NCBI GenBank assembly: GCA_951406725.2
Contig: OX597834.1
Coordinates: 44,950,001-45,014,000, forward strand
Source of the DNA: Octopus vulgaris
Taxonomy: Eukaryota
DNA length: 64,000 nucleotides
Direction: 5' to 3'
Under the pieces are notes generated by a model that did not search any database, was not told the origin of the DNA, and saw only the letters and a list, made by a program, of their open reading frames with translations. The position numbers and the translations under genes are program-made. This document shows, piece after piece, positions 54,853-64,000 of the stretch. Positions within the stretch are counted from its first letter, which is position 1, and every line of letters starts with the position of its first letter.

Positions 54853-55050
54853 AGAGTACCGTTTCCAATTAAACTATGTTTTCCAATGTTCATCGACAAA
54901 TCAAAAGTACGGACGTTAACAGTAGCTGGTTTTCGATTCTTCTCTAATGCGCAATTGTATGTTGGATGCTCACGTGTTGCGAATTTAAAAAATCATTCCA
55001 TTTATATGACACTACGAGAATCTCATAATGTTGTAGATAAAGGAGTCTTA
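54853..55050 (+). mobile_element. Helitron Rep-Hel PIF1-like helicase C-terminal fragment
   Basis: RVPFPIKLCFPMFIDKSKVRTL...FFSNAQLYVGCSRV...NVVDKGVL resembles RxQFPxxLxFAMTINKSQGQTL...FSHGQLYVAxSRV...NIVYxEVL. Confidence 0.85.
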
Positions 55051-55445
55051 TCAGCTTTCTATTTCAAATATATTGTTGTTGTTAATCTCACAGAATTTGT
55101 TATGGCAGCAGTGGTAGAGTCACGAATCACAATAATTATTAAGAAAAAATCATATATATTTTGAATATGTGTGTGTGTGTGGGGGTGGGTGGGTGGGTAT
55201 GTGTATTTCGATACTTAAAATTGTCAACTAGAAAAATTCATTTAAAAAGGCGATTAACTGAACCAGTTAGGTCTGAGTTAATCGGATTTTGGAGAAAAAA
55301 ATTGTTATAATTAAAGCAACTATTTGAAAACATAAATCTATTTCTAAATATATAGGTCACATGCACCTATATTACATGACGTATCTAGTACATGATGCTA
55401 CACAATATATCTTGTGTATAGCTATCTATCTATCTATCTATCTAC

Positions 55446-55497
<52 letters not shown>

Positions 55498-55535
55498 CTA
55501 TCTACCTACCTATCTCTCTCTAACATTCTATCTAA

Positions 55536-55599
<64 letters not shown>

Positions 55600-56363
55600 A
55601 TATCTATCTATCTATTCTTGTATGCATTTAGTAAAGTATATATGTATATATAAAGTATATATGTATGCATTCTGAGTTCAAAAATGTATATATAAAGTAT
55701 ATATGTATGCATATATCCGTAGAAACATACATATATCAAGGTAAGAAAGACAGGGAAATAGAGATTGAGACAGACAGAGATGGTGTGAGGGAGAGAGATA
55801 TGGTGAGGGTAGAATACGCATTATCTATGTTGTACAGTGAGTTTCCATGCTTTTGTTACACTCTGACTTCGGTGATATCTAACCTACAGCAACTTCCCTG
55901 CTACTAGAATTACAGAAATTGTTCACAACTAGTACTAAACTAGCATAACAACTACAAGACAATGCATATAAGCTACAACACCTTCATTATAACGAAACTC
56001 AAACTAACATAATTGAATGTTTATTATTGAGATATATATATTCGATATATTCTTTTATTCATTTACTTGTTTCTGTCATTTGACGGCATCCACGTTGTGG
56101 AGCGCCGCCTGAACCCATATATGCCCATAAAACAAAATGAAGTCTTCAATTTCACTGTATTTAGATTAAACGTTGTGGTAAGGTTTCACAATCCGGAACA
56201 GAAGGACAGCATGCAGCTGCTAGCTACGGGATGTAACCGATCTACTGAACATTTCGTATGCTCAGTCAGTTGCTTCCCGGTGAGTTCATGCCCAAAGAAG
56301 GAGCAGGTTTTGAGTTGCGAAAACGCAACCAATGGTATATATGGGTTTTAATATGTTATGTTA

Positions 56364-56428
56364 AAGGTGGCGAGCTGGCGGAAACGTTAGCACTCCGGGC
56401 GAAATGCTTAGCGGTATTTTGTCTGCCA
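56364..56428 (+). mobile_element. Deu/Nin-SINE 5' head fragment
   Basis: aggtggcgagctggcggaaacgttagcactccgggcgaaatgcttagcggtattt. Confidence 0.8.
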
Positions 56429-56865
56429 TTTATGTACCGCTTCTTTCACATTTTTGTCCGTAGAAAATCGACGTAATCGTAAATCATCTTTGAGCGGTCC
56501 AAAGATATGATAGTCGGAAGGGGCGTGATCTAGAATGTACGCAGTGTGCTCCAGTACCTCAAAATCCAATTGGTTAAAGGTTTCAATGGTATCAGCTCCC
56601 GTTTGTGACCGTGTATTGTCATGCAACAACAAAACATTCTTCCCCAAAAGGCTTCGGCGTTTGATGCGAATTGGTAGCTTCAGTTCGTTGGCCAGCAAAG
56701 CTCTGTATCTTTCACTGTTGATCGTACACCCCTTTTCCAGAGAAATCGGATCACTGCTCTTTGTTCTTCTTTGGTCGATATCGATAGTGGATCGGCCATG
56801 TTTACACTGTAAAGCCAGAAAGCAAAATGACGCGATCAGACTGAAACATCTCTCGCGTGACCAAA
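56425..56865 (-). mobile_element. internally deleted mariner (family M1, copy 2)
   Basis: VLLLHDNTRSQT...EVLEHTAYILDHAPSDYHIFGPLK in ORF 56408..56698; the N-terminal EQRAVIRFL is fused directly to EKGCTINSERY. Confidence 0.9.
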
Positions 56866-57580
56866 ATAATACCAGCTATAAGCAGTGACTTTGAACCCAA
56901 GACCATATGGTTACAAAGAAGCATTCTTAAACACAGCCACCTCTGCCCCTGTGTCCAAAATCTTCTAAAATATTATTATTATTATTATGACTTGAGATTA
57001 GCTGAAAATTATAAATCAATGACTTTTTCAGATCTCGTGGTATGCCCTGGTGCCTATTGGTGCCAGAGCTTGTTATGGTCTGAAGGAATCCTACTTCCAA
57101 ACGGTCAAAGAAACTAACCACGTGGGAATTTAAGGATTCTTAAGTATTGAGTACGAGGAGAATATTTTACTAAGTTTCGTAAATCATTTATGGAAATGCA
57201 AGAGTTATATGTCATTTACTGACGTTAATATTAAAATTCAACTCATTAGTGTTGTTGTTGTTCTTGTGAAATTAAGTAGCAGTTGAATACTGGGGTCAAC
57301 ATAGTTGTCTATCCCCATCACATGGAATTGCAGGCCTTGTGTCATTGTTAGTGGCGACGGTAATACTGCTCTTGTTGCTGCTGCTGCTGTCAAGGCAGCG
57401 GGTGGGTACCAACGTTGGCACGGCGTACGATATACTTCGTCCGTCTTTACGTTCTGAGTCAAGTTTCTGTACAGGTCGATTTCGCTTTTCATTCTTTAAT
57501 GGTCAATGAAGCAACTACCAGTTACGCAACGGTACTTATTGTGCCTATCGGAGAAAGGATTGCTATTATTATTATCATCA

Positions 57581-57616
<36 letters not shown>

Positions 57617-58311
57617 GGGTTTCCTCCGTCTTTGCATTCTGAGTTCAAATTCTGCCGGTTTCCACTTTGCTTTAAGGCGGCGTACTGTCAGAACTGTTAG
57701 CAATTAACCTTGATGGAATTCGAACTCAAAATGTAAATAAGAGAACAGAAATGCAGCTAGTTTCATTGTCCCGAAGCCGTAACTACCCCGCTAGCTAACC
57801 GCCATTTAGGAATAACACAAACACGAAATAGAAAAGCAAACACGAAATATTATGGCTGTATAAACGCATGATACCGGCAATAACAATATACATACATTAA
57901 TAAATTGAGAATAAGAAATTATCTCAAGCTGTATAGAACAGTAAAATTTTTGTGTAGTGTTAGCGAATTTTATTATTATTTAATTAATAATGTCTCTTTA
58001 TTGGTAATATTGATTCCACTCTAATAATAATAATGGAAAATTTCCTGAAATAATAAATCATTTTTTTTATATCCGAATGTTCAACAGTAGCTGCGATGAT
58101 TTATATTTATAGTTGCGAGAATAATGTTATGGAGGCATGTGGCATAGTGGTTCGGGTATTCGACATATGAACGTAAGACTGAGGTTTCAGTTACTGACCC
58201 GGGCTACGCGTTGTGTTCTTGGATAAAACTTTTCACTTCACGTTCCTCCAAACGACTCAGAGAGTCAAAATGCGTAATCCCGTGATATCTTTTTGTTTTT
58301 TAGACATTTGA

Positions 58312-58333
58312 TTGAAACTGAAAGAAGCCCGTC

Positions 58334-58414
<81 letters not shown>

Positions 58415-58620
58415 GTTTGCTTGTCTCCTCACCATCATTTGGAACAGATGTTGGTGTGTTCACTTCCCCATAACTCTGCGGTTCGGCAACAGAGACCGAT
58501 GGGATAAGTACTGGGCTTACAAAGAATATGTCTTGGGGTCGATTTGTTCGACAATAGGCGGTGCTCCAGCATGGCCGCAATCAAATGACTAAAACAACTA
58601 AAAGAATAAAAGAGTAAAAC
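58312..58620 (+). mobile_element. SINE family B (5'-truncated) with internal (TA)n(TG)n
   Basis: gaaactgaaagaagcccgtcg-(TA)n(TG)n-...ggggtcgatttgttcgac...gtgctccagcatggccgca...aaaagaataaaag. Confidence 0.88.
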
Positions 58621-58664
58621 AATATAAAAATATATAAATATATTCATATATGTATATACATATG

Positions 58665-58747
<83 letters not shown>

Positions 58748-58887
58748 ATATACATATATATCTTCTGGGGATAAAGCCTTCTAGTTTTCGTATTAACGAT
58801 CACTTGACTTAAAAAAGTAACAAAGGTGATGTTAAAGTACATTAGTAAACAGAGATGGTCGTACATAACATAACAAGCACTATACCT

Positions 58888-59035
58888 ACGGCACAAGCGT
58901 GCTTGTGTGATAAGAAGCTGGTTTCCCAACTAAATGGTTTCGGGTTCACCAAGGGCAAGTGTCTTCTACTATAGACTCGAGTTGTCCAAAGCTTTGTGAG
59001 TGGATTTGGTAGACGGAAAATGAAAGAATCTCGTC

Positions 59036-59110
<75 letters not shown>

Positions 59111-59262
59111 TTTGCAGTTCGGGAAAAGAGACGGCTAGAATGAGTACTAGGCTAACGAAGAGTAAGTCCTGGTTTCGATTTGTTCGACTGAATGCGATGC
59201 TCCAGCATAGCCACAAGCAAATGAAACGTGTAACACAGTAAATAAGAGTAAACGAGTAAAGA
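58888..59262 (+). mobile_element. SINE family B with internal (TA)n(TG)n
   Basis: Same architecture as 34939-35420 and 58312-58620. Confidence 0.82.
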
Positions 59263-59889
59263 TAGCGCAAGCGAAATTGTTATCGTGTAGCTACATCAGA
59301 TAACTAAGATATTCTTTACAAGAGAGAGAAAAACTACGAAAGTATACTTACAAACTGTTCTCCCATAAGCATTACGGTAGATAAGCTATACGCGTATCAA
59401 AATGGAGGATTACTATCAGTCGTTTATATTTGACGTATTCTACATATCAAAGCAATATTAACCACATACCGTTTGTGTCACGCTTTAATGCATTGATCGA
59501 TCTTGAATATGCAATCTATCATAGAAAAAAATATTTACGTTTGTTACGTTATTTGTAAAAGAAATGAGTAAATATGCTCTCCCTTTTCATGACCAAAGCG
59601 TTTTCATAAGGCTGTCGAAAACGCCCATGTTTGTTTTCAGATTTCGAGTTAGACACTTTTTAATATATATTTCTGAGAAATATGAAGCTTCCGTTCGTAC
59701 GTCCTTAGTTGCTCTGTTGGTTGGAAATGGAGTTGGAAATGCACGTAACATATGATGCATGAAGTCACAGAAATGTGTCGTGTATATCACGTGATACACA
59801 GGATACGCATAGATTACATTAAATATTATTAATATTCTTGCTTATGTGTGTATGCATGTATGTGTTTATGTATGTGTATATATATATAC

Positions 59890-59947
<58 letters not shown>

Positions 59948-60093
59948 GAATAATATATATTCTAACGACTAATATTCCTACACGCTAGGCCACAGGTAGT
60001 AAAAATTTCTAAAATCTTTATTACCCTGATATTATTAATTATAAGAATTGTAATTATCTATAATCATAGATAATTTTTTTTAAATGTACACTG

Positions 60094-60139
<46 letters not shown>

Positions 60140-60164
60140 TATTATATTAAATTATATACAGACA

Positions 60165-61111
60165 TCCGAGGGAGTGTCAACAATTATATACACTCTTGGT
60201 TTTTCAATGCATTTATACAAAAGTAGGAAATAAACAAGTACGTCATTTTCTATATAGTCTCGTTCCTTTTCGATGACCTTGCTCCAGCGGGCCACAAGTT
60301 CACGTATTCTTTCCAAAAAGAAGGTTTTAAATTGGTCGTGCAACCATTTATGCAGTGCGTGATTCACATCTTCATCCGTAGGAAACCGACGATTTCGTAA
60401 ACCATGTTTGAGTGGACCAAATATATGATAGTCGGAAGGAACGAATTCTGGGATGTAGGCAGAGCGTTCCAAGTTTCAACGGTCTGGGCGACCGTGTGTG
60501 GACGTGCATTGTCATGCAACAACAAAACTTTCTTCTCCAACAAGCTTCTTTTCCTGTTAGTCTTTTAATATAGGTCCTTTTGAGTGCCACAAATGGATCA
60601 TCATCACCTTTCCCACGTCGCTTGCGAGCCGGGATATTTCCGTTCCATAATCTGTGTTTTGGATTCTGCCATAGAATGACGGGCCCATTTCTCCTGTCAT
60701 GTGACTTCTGCTAAAACATTCTTTGCTTTCATTACTGTCGGTGGACCTCAAGGCATTTGCAATTGTGTTCAGTAGTAAGCTCTTTTAACATCCATCTTGC
60801 ACATACTTTTTCGGATATCATTTGATAAACAGAACCATAACTAATCTACAGAGAAAGAGCTACCTCCCCGATGATAACTCGCCGCCAAGAACTCGGATCA
60901 CTAATCTTTGTTCTTCTTTGATGCACATTGCTTTTGGAGCGGCCACGCTTCCACTCTCAAGCCAGAAAAGAAAGGTTGAGCAATCAGAATGATATTTCGA
61001 TTATGTGACCGCTGTAGTAGCAAAAATGAGCACGCATGCGGAGCAGGCAGTGTCACTTCAATAAAGATATGCTATGGCGAAACTGCTGATAATTTTTGAC
61101 TTCCCATCTTA
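60165..61111 (-). mobile_element. mariner (family M1, copy 3) with both decayed TIRs
   Basis: SAYIPEFVPSDYHIFGPLK...LVARWSKVIEKERDYIE in ORF 60152..60472. TIRs at 60165-60194 and 61082-61111 are about 19/30 identical as inverted repeats. Confidence 0.88.
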
Positions 61112-61141
61112 CAAATATACATACATATATATACAGTTTTA

Positions 61142-61264
<123 letters not shown>

Positions 61265-61293
61265 GTAAGTATGTATATATATATATAAATATA

Positions 61294-61352
<59 letters not shown>

Positions 61353-61357
61353 TATAT

Positions 61358-61394
<37 letters not shown>

Positions 61395-61832
61395 ACAAAC
61401 ACATATATATACATACATATTCATCGCCACACACAAATATACGAGTGAAAGATCAAAGAAAGCCAGGAATCCTGCAACGAATCTACCCGAATGAAATAGA
61501 GATCGTAGACTAAACAGTTTTATTCTACTGGCTATTGTTATTGTTGATATCGTTCTTGATATTTATTTCTTTGTTACTGCTGTCGTCGGTTCTTTGCCTC
61601 AGTAGTTTTCGTTGAAGTCCACAATATTCATATTCTCAACCTTTCCTTTGTTGCGACCACATCTGCCATGATTCACTCTCACTATAACCCTTCAAACTAA
61701 TGTTAATGGTTCTGATGACATCACTGAAAAAATATATTTTATTCACTCGCTTGCTGTTGACGGATGCAATTAATTGAAGGTCAACCATTCAGAGTGTTTC
61801 ATATGCGTACACACATGTACATATTCTCGATG

Positions 61833-61866
<34 letters not shown>

Positions 61867-61949
61867 TATATATATACGTATATCTATCTATATATATATA
61901 TATATATACATATATATATACACATATATATTCATACATACATACATAC

Positions 61950-61993
<44 letters not shown>

Positions 61994-61994
61994 G

Positions 61995-62030
61995 TACTAG
62001 CAATGCATCCCGGCGTTGACTGGGTGCTAT
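61995..62030 (+). mobile_element. possible Helentron/Helitron terminus
   Basis: tactagc...cccggcgttgactggg: ACTAG followed by a GC-rich hairpin (cccgg/ctggg). Confidence 0.4.
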
Positions 62031-62139
62031 GAACTACGGCCCCATTGTATTGCATGTTCCTTCCTTATGGGGGCAAAATAGTCCCACGAGGAGTATGAAT
62101 CAAACAATACTTCATAAATGTTTTCCGGTCATTTTCTGA

Positions 62140-62290
62140 TGCAGTTTCCGCTTACCAAATTCTAGTAGAGGTCTGCGGTTGTCCTAGTGCTATAATAGAA
62201 AACACTTGCCCAAGGTACCATGCTGAGGGACTGAACATGGAGCCATGTAGTTGGGAAGCAAACTTATCACCCACACAGTCAATCTTGCAC
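62140..62290 (-). mobile_element. SINE family B, 5' half
   Basis: cagtttccgcttaccaaat...aacacttgcccaaggtacca...gttgggaagcaaactt. Confidence 0.78.
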
Positions 62291-62319
62291 GTAATTTGTA
62301 TGTGCGTGTATATGTGTGT

Positions 62320-62362
<43 letters not shown>

Positions 62363-62839
62363 TACATTTGTTATTAAATCAAGTATTGCGTCCCACTATA
62401 TCTCAACGTTAGAATTTCATCAGGCTGAGATCAATAAAAAAAATGCCAGATTGAAATACGTACGTAGGTCAGTATGATGAATTATGTTTATGAAGGTGAT
62501 ACCCCCACCAATGCGACGGTCGGAATAGTGAACCCTGTAAAATAACGTTTCATGATTTAATGGCTTCAGATTTAAGGTAATGGAATACTAAGGACAAGAT
62601 GATGTGTTCAAAACTTCGTATTGAACATCCACTCTATACGATAACAATATAGGTACATCTCACTATAGTTAACTTCCAATAATTAACAATTGTAATTTGT
62701 AGTTGTAAGAAAGCTGTCCAGATATCTTTAAACATTTTTATGCAAAATATTCTGAGGAAAAACTTTTTTTTTCACCACAACAAACCACACACACACACAC
62801 ATACACATGTATTCAGTTGTATTTTGAGCTACTACAAAT

Positions 62840-63260
62840 ATTCTTCTTCTCCTTCTTCTTCTGCTTCTTCTTCTTTTCTTCCTCTTCTTCTTCTTCACCT
62901 CCTTCTTCTTCTTCTTCTTCTTCTTCTTCTTCTTCTTCTTCTCCTTCTTCTCCTTCTTCTCCTCCTCTTGCTCCTCCTCCTCCTTCTTCTTCTTGATTCC
63001 CCCTCTTATTTATCCTTCTTACTACTTCCCCCACCTCGTTCTCCTCCTCTGCTTCAGCCATATTCTCATCCAACTGCTCTTCTTTCTTCATCTTCCTTCT
63101 ATTTCTTTTCTTTTTTCCCTTCCCCTTCCCCCTCCTACCACCACTACCACCATCAACACCAACACCACCACCACAAACACCGCCATCACCACCATCTCCG
63201 CTGCCGCTGCTACTACTACTACTGCATCACAATTTCCTTCTTTCTTTCCTTCCATTTTCT
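62840..63260. repeat. (CTT)n/(CCT)n/(CAC)n low-complexity tract
   Basis: Directly visible. Confidence 0.9.
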
Positions 63261-63798
63261 TCTTCCTCATCTTCCCATATCAGTGCTTGAGCCTCACCTC
63301 TTCGCGGCATCACCACCATCGCCTCCACCATCAGCACATCACTATCACCCTCACTATCTTTGACAGAAACAAGTCTCTCTCACTTAATCGTTCCAAAGAA
63401 AAAAAGATATATATATATATAATATATATATATAATATGTATGTATATATAATGTTTTCTAGCAAAACATTTTTAGGTGTTAGTCTTCATATTCACATTC
63501 ACAAACGAATTCATTGAAGCGGACGACTGATTATTAGATACCGCATTGTCACAGTAACCACGTCTGGCAGCCATTACTGCCTCACAACATACAATTTCTC
63601 TTCAAACATCTACAGATTTGCATCGTTGAGCAATTTCCTTTGTCCAGTCATTTGATGACAACGGGGAGAAATAACAATATCCTTGCTATATCGGGATATT
63701 CGTCGGAGATGAAGAGTGTTACAGAGAGACACAGAGATGTCTTTTTTCCCCCATCCTATCTGTCTGTTTGTTTGTACAATAAATATTCCATCTACCAA

Positions 63799-63833
<35 letters not shown>

Positions 63834-63915
63834 GTGTATGTATATAGTACTTATACATATGTATACACTCACATGCATACACACATAAGTGTTTGTGTGT
63901 ATATGTGTATATGTA

Positions 63916-64000
63916 AGGCGGTGAGCTGGCAGAAACGTTAGCACGCCGGGCGAAATGCTTAGCGGTATTTCGTCTATCGCTACGTTCTGAGTTCAAATTC
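63916..64000 (+). mobile_element. Deu/Nin-SINE 5' head (runs off the window)
   Basis: aggcggtgagctggcagaaacgttagcacgccgggcgaaatgcttagcggtatttcgtc...gagttcaaattc. Confidence 0.88.

Noticed and set aside
61710-61745. CTGATGAcatcactGAAA
   Set aside because: No stem II or stem I pairing.
62740-63517. 207-aa poly-L/H ORF and 92-aa poly-E ORF
   Set aside because: Translations of CTT/CCT/CAC simple repeats.

Overview
AT-rich, microsatellite-saturated animal DNA with no recognisable host protein-coding exon, so it is an intergenic region or a large intron. The SINE families and microsatellite load resemble an octopod cephalopod genome (inference, not verified). Nearly all ORFs in the supplied track are simple-repeat artefacts. 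The identifiable content is decayed mobile DNA: a Penelope-like GIY-YIG endonuclease fragment, one Tc1 and several mariner remnants, 3' ends of Tx1/L1, RTE, CR1 and R4/Dong LINEs (the Dong pieces sit in (TAA)n tracts), Helitron/Helentron fragments, and many copies of at least three tRNA-derived SINE families. The main hidden signal is a set of at least eight minimal type-I hammerhead ribozyme motifs, probably from Penelope-like pLTRs. They have several architectures: short or palindromic stem III, an extra purine before stem II, a CUGUUGA core variant, and one 66-nt stem II. Five of them lie in related ~200-bp non-coding units. Secondary findings are a SINE whose 3' tail matches the Tx1 LINE 3' end and a 57-bp templated insertion with junction microhomologies. 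All folds and family calls were made by eye; boundaries are approximate.
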